A stretch of 64,000 nt of DNA from Planctomycetota bacterium (GCA_965223545.1 OZ245006.1:7328001-7392000), one strand, 5' to 3'; counted from the first letter of the stretch, positions 47,823 through 58,611 are shown. A program made the numbers and translations. The notes: generated by a model from the sequence alone, not told the origin.

Positions 47823-50446
47823 CGGATCAGGACGTCGGTGGTCGCGTGGGTGAGGCGCGCTGAGTAGGGATACGGAATGATCAGCGCCTGAGCGTGACCG
47901 GACAGGCCGGTGAGCACCGGGACGTTGGGCACGCGCAGCTGCAGTGACGTCAGCCCGGCGGGTTGGGGGATCACCACCGGGGGCAGTTGCACCATCTGCG
48001 TCGGAGCGAGACCGAGCACTCCGAATGGCGGTACGGGCAACGACGCCGGCGCCGTGGCGAAGAAGGGGGCGGCGACGTCGAGCAGGTTTGGCCGGCCCTG
48101 CCGGGCGTAGAGGTCGAGCTGGAACGCGTGGCCGGGGCGCAGGAGGTAGGGAGTGTCGATCTGTCGGAGCAGGTTCGAGTAGATGCGGTTGTGGGTATTG
48201 AAATTGCCTACCGTGATGTCGAGGTCGCCATCCCCATCGAAATCACCGAGCGCAACGCCGGTCGTGCCGTCGTTGTGGTCGCCGAGGAGCGTGTCGGTCG
48301 CGTCTTGATAGACGCCAGTGCCGTCGTTCAGGTAGATGTACGTCTTCGTCCAGGTTGCCCGCACGATGTCGAGATCGCCATCGTCGTCGAGGTCACCGAG
48401 CGCCATGCTCATGGGACTTCCGCGGGCTGGTGGAAGTGCAGCGGGACCCGCCACCGAGAAAGTGCCGGCGCCGTCGTTCAAGTAGATGCGATCGGTGCGT
48501 GCGTTGCAGAGGACGATGTCGAGGTCGCCGTCACTGTCGACGTCTCCGAGTTCGCCGTCGCAGGTGAGCGATGCGATCGCTGGCATCCGGGTTGCTGTTG
48601 CATCCGAGAAGACGCCGGTGCCGTCGTTCAAGTAGAGCCGAATCGCGCGAGCGACATACCCGTTGGCGCCGAGAACCAGGTCGAGGTCGCCGTCTCGGTC
48701 GACGTCGCCGAACGTTGCGAACGATGTCTCCTGGACGTCGACCGGCATGTGCGTCGTGGTGGCATCCGTGAACGTCCCGGTGCCGTCATTGCAGAGGAGT
48801 CGGTCTTGCTCGTAGTAGTTGCCGACTACCAGATCGAGATCCCCGTCACGATCGACGTCGCCGAAAGCAACCGATCTCGTGTTATCGCAGATCGCCGGCA
48901 ACTGCCCACTGCTGGCGGGAACGAACCCGCCGGTCCCGTCGTTGAGCATCAGGCTGTTCTGTCCGTAGCTTGGGCCATACACGCAGTACCAGCCATCCTG
49001 CCCGATCGCCAAGTCGAGATCGCCATCACCGTCGACGTCCCCTGCTGCAAGCGCATGTGCATCCCCGCCGATGGCCGTCCAGTTCGTGAACACGCCGCTG
49101 CCGTCGTTAATGCAGAGACGGGTCCGCGGTAGAAGGCCCTTGTACGTGTCGTTGCCGAAGACGATGTCGAGGTCTCCATCGCCATCCATGTCGGCCGTTG
49201 CCAGCGACAAGGTGGTGTCGAATAGCCGGTCGAGTCGCGGTGCCGTCGCGTCGAAGAACCGGCCGGTGCCGTCGTTGATGTTCAGCTGGTTCAGGCCGAT
49301 GCCGTTGGCGGCCGCGAGGTCGAGGTCGCCGTCGGCATCGACGTCGGCGAAGACGGCGCTTGCCGTAGCTGCATCGTCGAACGGGAGGAGGCTGGTGCCA
49401 TCGGTGTAGCCGCTGGGTCCCTGGTTGATCAAGAGCTGGTCTTGACCACGACCCGAACTCTCAGCCGTCGCGAGGAACAGATCGAGGTCGCGGTCTCCGT
49501 CGATGTCGCCGAGGAGGACCGCGCTGGTAAGCCAAGTTCTGCCTCCCGGCAGCAGCGTTGCGGTCGCGTCAGTGAAGGTGGCCGTGCCGTTGTTCAGCAA
49601 CAGCATCGTCTGGCAGAAGCTGCCGATCACGAGATCGAGATCGGCGTCCTGGTCGACATCGCCGATCGCGAAGGAGGAGACGTAGGGCCACCATTGGCTC
49701 AGGTTCGGCACGCGCCCCGACGTCGTGTCGACAAACGTGCGATTGCCGTTGTTGATGTACAGTCGAACCGGCCGCGTGGCGCCGCCGAGCACCAGGTCCA
49801 GGTCACCGTCCGCGTCGAGATCTGCGGCGGCCACCGCAGGCGTGTCGTCCGATTCGGTCGGCATCCAAGTGGTCGTTGCGTCCGAGTATCGACCGGTGCC
49901 GTCGTTGAGATAGAGCCGGTCCTGCCGGCCTGCGTCGTTGCCGAGGGCGAGATCGAGGTCGCCGTCGCCGTCGAAGTCCGCGAGCGCGATCGCCTTGGTC
50001 TTGTCTCGATCGCCTGGCAGCCGCGCCGCGGTGACGTCCGTGAACGTGCCCGAGCCGTCGTTCACGAGGAGGCGGTTCTGACCATCGCTGGCAAACACCA
50101 CGTCGAGGTCGCCATCGGAGTCGAGGTCGCCCAGTGCCACGGCCAGGGTGGAGTGCGCGGCGACTGGCATGCGGGTAGCAGTGCCATCGGAGAAGACCCC
50201 TGCACCGTCGTTGAGGTAGAGCCGATCTTGGCTGTTGCGGTTGGCGAGGATCAGGTCGACGTCACCGTCGCCGTCGACGTCGCCCTGCGCGATGGCGGTC
50301 GATGCGTCGTCGATCGTCGGCAGCCCCCGCTTGGCCAGCTCCACGAACTGGTGCTGCGCGGCGGCGGACACGGCGATCGAGACGAGGGCGAGCAGGGCGT
50401 GCACAGCGCCCGTGCAATGAATCTCGGGGCTGGTCGGTGATGCCAT
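47819..50446 (-). CDS. FG-GAP/VCBS repeat protein (tandem paralog B)
   Basis: Colinear with paralog A; signal ending AAA-QHQF; start uncertain. Confidence 0.93.
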   Translation of the reverse strand: MASPTSPEIHCTGAVHALLALVSIAVSAAAQHQFVELAKRGLPTIDDASTAIAQGDVDGDGDVDLILANRNSQDRLYLNDGAGVFSDGTATRMPVAAHSTLAVALGDLDSDGDLDVVFASDGQNRLLVNDGSGTFTDVTAARLPGDRDKTKAIALADFDGDGDLDLALGNDAGRQDRLYLNDGTGRYSDATTTWMPTESDDTPAVAAADLDADGDLDLVLGGATRPVRLYINNGNRTFVDTTSGRVPNLSQWWPYVSSFAIGDVDQDADLDLVIGSFCQTMLLLNNGTATFTDATATLLPGGRTWLTSAVLLGDIDGDRDLDLFLATAESSGRGQDQLLINQGPSGYTDGTSLLPFDDAATASAVFADVDADGDLDLAAANGIGLNQLNINDGTGRFFDATAPRLDRLFDTTLSLATADMDGDGDLDIVFGNDTYKGLLPRTRLCINDGSGVFTNWTAIGGDAHALAAGDVDGDGDLDLAIGQDGWYCVYGPSYGQNSLMLNDGTGGFVPASSGQLPAICDNTRSVAFGDVDRDGDLDLVVGNYYEQDRLLCNDGTGTFTDATTTHMPVDVQETSFATFGDVDRDGDLDLVLGANGYVARAIRLYLNDGTGVFSDATATRMPAIASLTCDGELGDVDSDGDLDIVLCNARTDRIYLNDGAGTFSVAGPAALPPARGSPMSMALGDLDDDGDLDIVRATWTKTYIYLNDGTGVYQDATDTLLGDHNDGTTGVALGDFDGDGDLDITVGNFNTHNRIYSNLLRQIDTPYLLRPGHAFQLDLYARQGRPNLLDVAAPFFATAPASLPVPPFGVLGLAPTQMVQLPPVVIPQPAGLTSLQLRVPNVPVLTGLSGHAQALIIPYPYSARLTHATTDVLIR

Positions 50447-50785
50447 GCTTGGGGGCGGTTCCTGTACTCGATCATACGGGTTCTGGTTCCGCACTGCCCC
50501 TTGTGGCAAAGCAGCAGGCCGCCGGAAGCGCTCCAGACTCAACAGCTCTCGCGCTGCGATTGCTCGGTGACTGGCAAGGCGGAGCCATCGACGGACGTCA
50601 GCGGGTGGGACTAGGCCTTCAAACCGCTCCGGCAGAATCGGCATCTGAGTTTGGTTGCGGCCGTGGCCGCGCTGAGCGCTGTAAGTCCGAGATGCGGACG
50701 TCGAGATCGTAGTCCTCGCCGTCGGTTACGGGCACGGCGAGCGCATGACTAGCATCACCGCCTGATGGGCCGCTGGGCCCGGCGA

Positions 50786-53700
50786 TCAGAGGCCGAGCGA
50801 CGAGAGCAGCCCGTTGCTCAAGCCGAAACCGCTACTGCCGGGGGGCGGCCCGAGCACGGTCTGCCAGACGACGCGCGCGCCGCGGAGCGCTGCGATCGCG
50901 GGGATGCGAACCGGTGCGGTCCAGCGCGACTGGGCCACCGGCTGGGACAGCACGATCGCAGCCGTCGCGCCGTCGAGGTGGGTCACACAACCGCGGCCGA
51001 GGCGGCGCGCTGTGCCCGGCAGGCTCAGCAGGACGACCGCCAGCGAGCCCGGCGCGGCGCCGCTGCCGCGCAGCTGCATGGTGCTGCCCAGGACCGGATC
51101 GCTGGCCGACAACCGCGCTCCCGCACCGGCGCCGCCGCACGGTTGGCCGAGCACCTGGTTTGCGGCGCCGGGATCCAGCGTGAACGGCTCGACGCCGGCC
51201 GATGGGTCGCGCGCGCTGAAGTGCAGGCGGCCGCCGAACAGCTGGAACGTGCCGCGCTGCTGGGCGCCATAGCCGAGCACCTGGCCCGGCGTTGTCACCG
51301 GTTGCGTGCCCGCCGGTGTGCCATCGGTGCGCCACACGTCCACGGCGGTCCGGAACCAGACGAAGCGCGAGCCGGTGGCGAAGAAGTCGGTCGGATCGCT
51401 GCCGCCCGAGCCGGGGATGAGATCTCCCAACGCGATCGTGCCCGCCGCGGTCCCGTCGGACAGCCACGGCTCCTGGCCGAGACCGTCGTCGGCGGAGAAC
51501 ACCAGTCCTGCATCGATGATCGCCGCCGATGGCGTCGTGCGACCGGCGCCGCCGAACGGTCGGATGGAGGACGTTCCAGCCACCGTGCCATCCGTGCGCC
51601 ACAGGTCGCCGTCGATCGTGAAGAAGACCAGGCCGTTCGCCGACGTGACCACCGAAGTCGTCGTCGCGCCGGTGCCGGGAACCGCGTCGACCAACCGCAC
51701 GGTGCCGCCGGGAGTACCGTCGGTGACCCAAGGCTCACGCCCCACGATGCCGTCGTCGGCGAAGAAGAACACGAAGCCGTCGCCCTCGGTCAGCCACGCG
51801 ACGTCGGAGCGCGGTGCACCGGGATAGATGTCCGCCAGCTGCACCGTGCCGGCGGCGGTGCCGTCGGTGACCCAGGGCTCGCGACCGGTGCTGCCGTCGT
51901 CGGCGACAAACACCATGCGGGCACCGACCACGGCGCCATAGCGCGCCGAGCTGTCGCCGTTGGGGTTGATGTCCGCCACCAGTCCGGTTCCGACGGCGGT
52001 GCCGTCGGTCGCCCACAGCTCCGTGCCGTGCGCTGCGGTGTGGCACCGGTAGAGGATCCGATCGCCGAGCCGACCGAGCTCGAACGGTTGCGACGATGCG
52101 CCGCCGGGCATCGCGTCCAGCAGCATGCGCGTTCCCGTTGTGGTCCCGTCGGTGGCCCACAGCTCTTCACCCGCATTGGGCGTCCTTGCGGTGAACAGTG
52201 CCACATCGCCGAGCGTCGCGTCGAAGTACAACGGCACCGACGAACCACCGGGGTCGAGGTCGCCGAGGATGCGGGTGCCCGCGCCGGTGCCGTCCGACAC
52301 CCAGGGCTCGCTGCCGTTCCGGGCCGTCGTCGCGCGAAACACGACGCGATCGCCGAGCAGCCGAAAGTCGAGCGGCGACCCGCTGGCGCTGCCGGGATCG
52401 AGATCACGCACCAGACGAGTTCCCGCCGTCGTGCCGTCAGTGGCCCACAGCTCGCGTCCGGCCGATGGTTCGGCCGCGGCGAAGAAGGCCAATCCGGTGG
52501 TGCCGATCAGGCCCGTCGGATTGGAGTTGCCGGTCAACCCCGGGATGACCGGCGTCGGATCCGCGAGCAGGGTGGTACCGGCCGAAGTCCCGTCCGTCCG
52601 CCACAGCTCGTAGCCGTTGAGGGGGTCGTTGGCGGTGAACGCGGCGGCGGTGCCGAGCGCGACCGCGCGGTCGGGATTGGACCCAGTCGGTCCCGGCCAC
52701 AGGTCGGCGAGCGGTCGCGCGCTGCCCGGCGTCCCGTCGGTCCACCAAGGCTCTCTGCCGATGGCCGGCGTCGTCGCGGCGAACAGGACGCCACCGGCCA
52801 GCGCCGCCAGCGGCTCGGCAAGGCTGCCGCCGCCACCCGGTACGAGATCCTCGAGCTGCCGGGTGCCGCCACTGGTTCCGTCGGAGACCCACAGCTCGCG
52901 GCCGCTGGTACCGTCGTCCGCGCTGAAATAGACCCGGTTGTCGGCGGCGACCAGCAGATCGTCGGGCTGGCTGCCGCCGCTGGGATTCAGGTCCGCCACG
53001 CGATAGGTCCCGGCAACACTGCCGTCGCTGCGCCACAGCTCCTCGTCACTGCCCTGTGCTCCGGCGGCGAAGAACAGCGCGCTGGCGGCGACGGTCAGCG
53101 AGCTGGGGTCGAGCAACCCCGAGGCGACGAAGTCGGGGTGCACGAGCGCGGTGCCCGCGGCGGTGCCGTCACTGCGCCACAGCGAGAAGCCCCTGCCGTC
53201 GTGCGCGCGGAAGAACGCGAGCCCGCCGAACCGCACGAACTCGGTCGGCGCTGAGTTGAGGGGGCCGGCGCGCAGGTCGCCGACCAGCTGGGTACCGCTC
53301 GAGGTGCCATCGGTCCGCCACAGCTCCGAACCGATGCCGGCCGCTCTGGCGGCGATCAGCGCGATGCCGCCGAGATCCAGGATCTGCGTCCAGCGACTGT
53401 ACGAGCTCGGGCTGCCCGGGTTGATGTCCTGCACCAGCGACGTCCCCGTCGCCGTGCCGTCGCTGCGCCAGAGCTCGCTGCCGGTGGCACCGTCGTCGGC
53501 GTAGAACAGGAGCAACGAGCCGAACGCTGCCAGCGCCTTCGGCGACGAGCTGCCGCGCGCGTTGATGTCGCGCACCAAGCGCGTGCCCGCCGCCGTGCCG
53601 TCGGTGACCCAGAGTTCGAGACCGGCAGTGACGTCGTGGGCGGCGAAGAACAGCAGATTGCCGACCACCGTGAGCTGGCTCGGGAACGACGACACCGGGC

Positions 53701-53941
53701 CCGGAAAGATGTCGTCCACCAAGCGCACCGGACCGCCGGCGAGGGGGACGGCGAACAGCTCGTTGCCCTCGGCCGGAGTCGTCGCCGAGAACACGAGCTC
53801 TTGGCCGAGCACGACGCGCTCACCGGGAAACGACGATGGCGAAGGCAGCGGCTGTTGGTTGATGTCGGTGAGAAGAGTGGGCGGCTGCTGTGCCGTCAAA
53901 GAGACGGTGAGCATCGCCAGCGCGCAAAAGGAAGCGTTCAC
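50786..53941 (-). CDS. ELWxxDGT repeat protein with conserved C-terminal domain
   Basis: GAGGAG RBS; signal peptide; numerous ELW/EPW-x-x-DGT repeats. Confidence 0.95.
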   Translation of the reverse strand: MNASFCALAMLTVSLTAQQPPTLLTDINQQPLPSPSSFPGERVVLGQELVFSATTPAEGNELFAVPLAGGPVRLVDDIFPGPVSSFPSQLTVVGNLLFFAAHDVTAGLELWVTDGTAAGTRLVRDINARGSSSPKALAAFGSLLLFYADDGATGSELWRSDGTATGTSLVQDINPGSPSSYSRWTQILDLGGIALIAARAAGIGSELWRTDGTSSGTQLVGDLRAGPLNSAPTEFVRFGGLAFFRAHDGRGFSLWRSDGTAAGTALVHPDFVASGLLDPSSLTVAASALFFAAGAQGSDEELWRSDGSVAGTYRVADLNPSGGSQPDDLLVAADNRVYFSADDGTSGRELWVSDGTSGGTRQLEDLVPGGGGSLAEPLAALAGGVLFAATTPAIGREPWWTDGTPGSARPLADLWPGPTGSNPDRAVALGTAAAFTANDPLNGYELWRTDGTSAGTTLLADPTPVIPGLTGNSNPTGLIGTTGLAFFAAAEPSAGRELWATDGTTAGTRLVRDLDPGSASGSPLDFRLLGDRVVFRATTARNGSEPWVSDGTGAGTRILGDLDPGGSSVPLYFDATLGDVALFTARTPNAGEELWATDGTTTGTRMLLDAMPGGASSQPFELGRLGDRILYRCHTAAHGTELWATDGTAVGTGLVADINPNGDSSARYGAVVGARMVFVADDGSTGREPWVTDGTAAGTVQLADIYPGAPRSDVAWLTEGDGFVFFFADDGIVGREPWVTDGTPGGTVRLVDAVPGTGATTTSVVTSANGLVFFTIDGDLWRTDGTVAGTSSIRPFGGAGRTTPSAAIIDAGLVFSADDGLGQEPWLSDGTAAGTIALGDLIPGSGGSDPTDFFATGSRFVWFRTAVDVWRTDGTPAGTQPVTTPGQVLGYGAQQRGTFQLFGGRLHFSARDPSAGVEPFTLDPGAANQVLGQPCGGAGAGARLSASDPVLGSTMQLRGSGAAPGSLAVVLLSLPGTARRLGRGCVTHLDGATAAIVLSQPVAQSRWTAPVRIPAIAALRGARVVWQTVLGPPPGSSGFGLSNGLLSSLGL

Positions 53942-54110
53942 TTGGACTCCTCGGGCTTTGCTCGCGCCACTGTAGCGTCACCTTCGCCGTGCTGCGATCC
54001 GGTCCGCGGTGCGCTGCAACGAGCATCAAATGCCGGGCACGTTGCAGAGATTCTCCGTAACATCACCGCGCCGACCGCGTCGCCGCCGATTCCTGCCGCG
54101 CTGTCAAACC

Positions 54111-55760
54111 ATGACCATGAATGCCGCCGAGCTCTTCGTCCGTTGTCTCGAGGCCGAGGGCGTAGAAGTCATCTTCGGTCTCCCCGGCGAGGAGAACGCG
54201 CACTTCGCCATGGCGCTCGCCGACAGCCCGATCCGCTTCGTGCTCACGCGCCACGAGCAGGGGGCGGCGTTCATGGCCGACGTCTACGGGCGTCTGACGG
54301 GTAAGCCAGGGGTTTGTCTGGGCACGCTGGGCCCCGGCGCCACCAACCTGATCACCGGCGTCGCCAACGCCAACATGGACCGCGCTCCGCTGGTGGTGAT
54401 CACCGGGCAGGCTGCGGTGCAGCGACAGCACAAGGAGAGCCACCAGGCGATGGACGTGGTCGGCATGTTCGCACCGGTGACGAAGTGGGCGACGCCGATC
54501 CTGGATCCAGAAGTGATTCCCGAGGTGGTCGCCAAGGCCTTCAAGCTCGCCGCCGCGGAGAAGCCCGGGGCGTGCCACATCGAGCTCGCCGAGAACATCG
54601 CCGCACTGCCGGTCGACGCCGCGCCGGCGCCGAGTTCCCGCGTGCGCCGGCCCGTGCCGGACGAGCAGGTGATCGGCGAGGCCGTCGACCGGATCCGCGC
54701 GGCGCGGCGGCCGGTCATTCTCGCCGGCAACGGCTGCATCCGGCGCCGGGCGAGCGATCAGCTGCGCCGCTTGGTCGAGGCCACCGGCATCGGGGCGATG
54801 TGCACGTTCATGGGCAAGGGCTCGGTTTCGCGGGAGTCCGAGCAGTGCCTGTTCACGATCGGTCTGCAGGCCAAGGACGTCGTCGCCTGCGCGATCGACG
54901 CCGCCGATCTGGTGATCGCCATCGGCTACGACCTGGTCGAGTATCCGCCCAAGCTGTGGAACCGCGATGCCGACAAGGACATCGTGCACGTCGACTTCGC
55001 GCCGGCCGAGGTCGACCACCACTACCGGCCGTCGATCGAGGTGGTCGGCGACATCGCCCACGCGCTATGGATGCTCAACGAGCGCTGCCCGCGCCTCGAC
55101 CTCTCCGGCTTCGAGCAGCAGCACGCCGTGCGGGCGACGATGCTCGCCGAGTTCGCCGCGCACCGCGACGATGACGGCGACGGGCCGATCCGCCCGCAGA
55201 AGGCGCTCTGGGATCTACGCACCGCCCTCGGACCCGAGGACCTCCTGCTGTCGGACGTCGGCGCACACAAGATGTGGGTGGCGCGCTACTACCAATGTGA
55301 TGAGCCCAACACGTGCTTGATCCCCAACGGCTTCTGCGCCATGGGGTTCGCGGTCCCCGGCGCGATCGCCGCCAAGCTGGTCCACCCGCAGCGCCGCGTC
55401 GCCGCGGTGTGCGGCGACGGGGGCTTTCTGATGAACGTGCAGGAGCTCGAGACCGCTGTGCGGCTGGGAGTGGACCCGGTGTTCGTCGTCTGGGAAGACC
55501 ACGAGTACGGGCTGATCGCTTGGAAGCAGGACAACGAGTTCGGCCGGCACACCGACCTTTCGTTCGGCAACCCGGACTTCGTCGCCCTGGCGGAGGCGTT
55601 CGGCTGTCTCGGGCTGCGCGTCGAACGGCCCGCCGAGCTGGCCCCGGCACTGGAGACCGCGTTCGCCGCCGGGCGGCCGGCGGTCGTCGTCGTACCCATC
55701 GATTACCGGGAGAACGCTCTCCTCACCGCTCGCCTCGGCGAGATCGCTTGCCCCATCTGA
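54111..55760 (+). CDS. ThDP-dependent enzyme of the acetolactate synthase large-subunit family (2-oxoglutarate decarboxylase-like)
   Basis: FGLPGEEN, RHEQGAAFMA, GPGATN, SDVGAHKMW, GDGGF. Confidence 0.93.
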   Translation: MTMNAAELFVRCLEAEGVEVIFGLPGEENAHFAMALADSPIRFVLTRHEQGAAFMADVYGRLTGKPGVCLGTLGPGATNLITGVANANMDRAPLVVITGQAAVQRQHKESHQAMDVVGMFAPVTKWATPILDPEVIPEVVAKAFKLAAAEKPGACHIELAENIAALPVDAAPAPSSRVRRPVPDEQVIGEAVDRIRAARRPVILAGNGCIRRRASDQLRRLVEATGIGAMCTFMGKGSVSRESEQCLFTIGLQAKDVVACAIDAADLVIAIGYDLVEYPPKLWNRDADKDIVHVDFAPAEVDHHYRPSIEVVGDIAHALWMLNERCPRLDLSGFEQQHAVRATMLAEFAAHRDDDGDGPIRPQKALWDLRTALGPEDLLLSDVGAHKMWVARYYQCDEPNTCLIPNGFCAMGFAVPGAIAAKLVHPQRRVAAVCGDGGFLMNVQELETAVRLGVDPVFVVWEDHEYGLIAWKQDNEFGRHTDLSFGNPDFVALAEAFGCLGLRVERPAELAPALETAFAAGRPAVVVVPIDYRENALLTARLGEIACPI

Positions 55761-55763
55761 GCC

Positions 55764-57197
55764 GTGTTGCAGTCCCGCTATCCGTACTATCTCGCCAACC
55801 GCGCCCACACTCCCAACACCGATCTGGAGGTGACCGACAAGTTCTCCGGCGAGGTGGCAACCCGCGCGGCGATGGCCGACGGCGCGGCGATCGACGCGGC
55901 CATCGCCGCTGCAGTCGACGCCGCCGCGGCGATGCGCAGGATGAAGCCGTACGAGCGGCAAGCCGTGCTCGAGCACTGCGTCGAGCGGTTCGTGGAGCGC
56001 CGGGAAGAGCTGGCGTCGGCGTTGTGTGTCGAGGCCGGCAAGCCGATCCGCGACGCCCGCGGCGAAGTCGCCCGGCTGATCGACACGTTCAAAGTCGCCG
56101 CCGGCGAGTCGGTGCGCGAGACCGGTGAGGTCATGACCCTCGAGATCTCGGCCCGCGCCCGGGGCTACCGCGGAATGTGGAAGCGCGTGCCGATCGGGCC
56201 GTGCTCGTTCATCAGCCCGTTCAACTTTCCACTCAACCTGGTGGCGCACAAGGTGGCGCCGGCGCTGGCAGTCGGCTGTCCCTTCGTGCTCAAGCCGGCC
56301 AGTCTGACGCCGGTGGGAGCGCTGATCATCGGCGAGGTGTTGGCCGAGACCGATCTACCCGAGGGCGCGTTCTCGATCTTGCCGTGCCGGCGAGACGCGG
56401 CGGCGCCATTCACCGAGGACCCGCGACTCAAGCTGCTCAGCTTCACCGGATCGCCACAGGTCGGCTGGGACCTGAAGGCGCGCGCCGGCAAGAAGAAGGT
56501 CGTGCTCGAGCTGGGTGGCAACGCCGCCTGCGTCGTCGACCGGGACGCCGACCTCGAGGACGCGGTCGAGCGCTTGGTGGTCGGCGCCTTCTACCAATCT
56601 GGGCAGAGCTGCATCGGTGTACAGCGAATCCTCGCGCACGAGGAGATCTACGACGAGCTCGAGGAACGGCTGGTGTCCGCCACCCGAGAGCTGGTCGCCG
56701 GGGATCCAAAGGACGAGGCGACGTTTCTGGGGCCGATGATCAGCGAGAAGGAAGCAGAACGGTTGGCGGGATGGATCGCGGAGGCGGTGGACCGCGGCGC
56801 GACCCTGCTGTGCGGTGGCGGACGGGACGGCGCCATGTTGGAGGCGACCTTGCTGCGCGACGTTCCGGCGGAGCTCGACGTGGTGTGCAAGGAGGCGTTC
56901 GGCCCGGTGGCCGTGCTGTCGCGCTTCACCGACTTCGATGCTGCTCTGGCGCAGGTCAACGACAGTGCGTTCGGCCTGCAAGCCGGCGTGTTCACCCGCG
57001 ACTTGTACAAGATGCACCGGGCCTGGGACGAGCTGGAGGTCGGCGGCGTGATCGTCGGCGACGTGCCGTCGTGGCGGGTCGACAACATGCCGTACGGAGG
57101 CGTCAAGGACAGTGGCCTGGGGCGCGAGGGCGTGCGCTTTGCCATGGACGACATGACCGAGCCGCGGCTGTTGGTCGTGCGCGAGCCGGGCGGGTAG
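55764..57197 (+). CDS. Aldehyde dehydrogenase (ALDH21-like)
   Basis: PFNFP, FTGS, LELGGNA, QSGQSC, EAFGP, PYGGVKDSGLGREG. Confidence 0.95.
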   Translation: MLQSRYPYYLANRAHTPNTDLEVTDKFSGEVATRAAMADGAAIDAAIAAAVDAAAAMRRMKPYERQAVLEHCVERFVERREELASALCVEAGKPIRDARGEVARLIDTFKVAAGESVRETGEVMTLEISARARGYRGMWKRVPIGPCSFISPFNFPLNLVAHKVAPALAVGCPFVLKPASLTPVGALIIGEVLAETDLPEGAFSILPCRRDAAAPFTEDPRLKLLSFTGSPQVGWDLKARAGKKKVVLELGGNAACVVDRDADLEDAVERLVVGAFYQSGQSCIGVQRILAHEEIYDELEERLVSATRELVAGDPKDEATFLGPMISEKEAERLAGWIAEAVDRGATLLCGGGRDGAMLEATLLRDVPAELDVVCKEAFGPVAVLSRFTDFDAALAQVNDSAFGLQAGVFTRDLYKMHRAWDELEVGGVIVGDVPSWRVDNMPYGGVKDSGLGREGVRFAMDDMTEPRLLVVREPGG

Positions 57198-57216
57198 ATC
57201 CCGCTGCTACGGCGCG

Positions 57217-58611
57217 TCAGCGTTGCCGCGGGTCGAGAAACCACGCCTGCACGGCGGGCGACTCGGCGTCGATGAAGGCGTAGCGCTCTTCGAACCACGC
57301 CGCGATCTCGGGACGGGCGCGGGTGAGGGCGTCGCGGGCCGTCGCCGTCATGCAGAGGCGCATGCCGCGCTCCTCGAGAAAGCCGAGAGTTGCGATCAAT
57401 CGCGCCTCGACCTCGGCGTTGGTCGTCACCGACTGCGTCACCTGGTGCATGTTGAACACCGGCACGTGCGGTGCGGTGCGAATCAAGTCGTCGCACTCCG
57501 CCGCGCTGCCGATGGCGAACAGGGTCGGTCGGTCGCCGGCGAGCTCGAGGAAGACCGAGGCCGGGATCTCCTCGTCCCGATGGTCGTGTTGCCAGATCAG
57601 CCCCAGCCCGAGCACGAAGCCGACGGCCGCCAGGGCGGCCAGGGCGCGGGGCCGCAGCGCCTCGGTTGCGAGCAGGGCCAGCGGCAACGCCAACGGCAAG
57701 ATGTACGTGCCGCGCTCCCAGAGGGCGGGCAGCAGGATGTAGGACAGGGTGACGTAGCCGAGCGCCAGCGCGTTGACGGCCAGCGCGTTGACGCGGTGTC
57801 GCGCGTCGCCGAGCAGCCAGAGGACGAGTAGCGACGCCGGCGCGTAGGGCAGCAGATACTCCCGCGCCGCGCACACGAACGCGATCCACCAAGGCGCGAA
57901 GTTGAAGGCGAGCACTGCCGCCGCCGAATCGCTCGGGCTGGGCGTCAGCGCGGGTCCGAGCTGCAGCTTGGTGACGGCGAAGGCGATCCCGTGACCGGCG
58001 GCGAACGCCGCGCAGTGGAGCGTGCGCTTTTCTGTGAAGCGGGGCCACCAGGTGAGGATCAACACCGGCACGCAGAGGTGGCCGGTGGAGTGCACCATCG
58101 CACCGATGGCGGTGCACACGCCCGCGCCGCTGCTCTTCCAAAGGGCGGGTCGGACCGAACAGGAGGCCAGCGCCCAGAACGCGAACCCCGTGCAGCCGAG
58201 CAGCAGGGCCGGTGCCTCGACGACGGTGGCAAAGAACAGCACGGCCGGAGTCGCCGCGAGCAGCGCCGCGCCGGCGAGGCAGCGCCCTCGCCCGAGCGCG
58301 CGGGCGCTCAGGCCGGCGTGGAAGCACCAGGCCGCGATGGCGGTCGCCACTGCCGATCCGGCCTCGAGGCTCTTGAACCACGACGCACCGAGCCAGCGCG
58401 CGGGCGCCCCCAGCGCAACCGCAAGATCGGCATACCACGGGTGCAGGACCGACGCGACGTCGCCGCGCGCGCTGTTCTGCACGAAGGCCCGCGCGTCCTC
58501 GTTGACGAAGCTCTCCTGCAGCAAGAGCAAGTAGGCGATCAGTGCGATGGCACTGAGCAGGATCCCGTCGAGCCAGGAGCGGCGCGCGGCGACGGCGGCA
58601 GGAGTCGGCAT
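57217..58611 (-). CDS. Polytopic membrane protein, GT-C (ArnT/PMT-like) glycosyltransferase candidate
   Basis: First-loop acidic motif NED, HP, ATVVE, ER; about 10 TM helices; soluble C-terminus. Confidence 0.6.
   Translation of the reverse strand: MPTPAAVAARRSWLDGILLSAIALIAYLLLLQESFVNEDARAFVQNSARGDVASVLHPWYADLAVALGAPARWLGASWFKSLEAGSAVATAIAAWCFHAGLSARALGRGRCLAGAALLAATPAVLFFATVVEAPALLLGCTGFAFWALASCSVRPALWKSSGAGVCTAIGAMVHSTGHLCVPVLILTWWPRFTEKRTLHCAAFAAGHGIAFAVTKLQLGPALTPSPSDSAAAVLAFNFAPWWIAFVCAAREYLLPYAPASLLVLWLLGDARHRVNALAVNALALGYVTLSYILLPALWERGTYILPLALPLALLATEALRPRALAALAAVGFVLGLGLIWQHDHRDEEIPASVFLELAGDRPTLFAIGSAAECDDLIRTAPHVPVFNMHQVTQSVTTNAEVEARLIATLGFLEERGMRLCMTATARDALTRARPEIAAWFEERYAFIDAESPAVQAWFLDPRQR

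Noticed and set aside
40012..53941. Repetitive DNA as a possible CRISPR array or DGR template/variable repeat pair
   Set aside because: The repeats are degenerate, in-frame FG-GAP and ELWxxDGT coding units; no cas or reverse transcriptase gene was seen.
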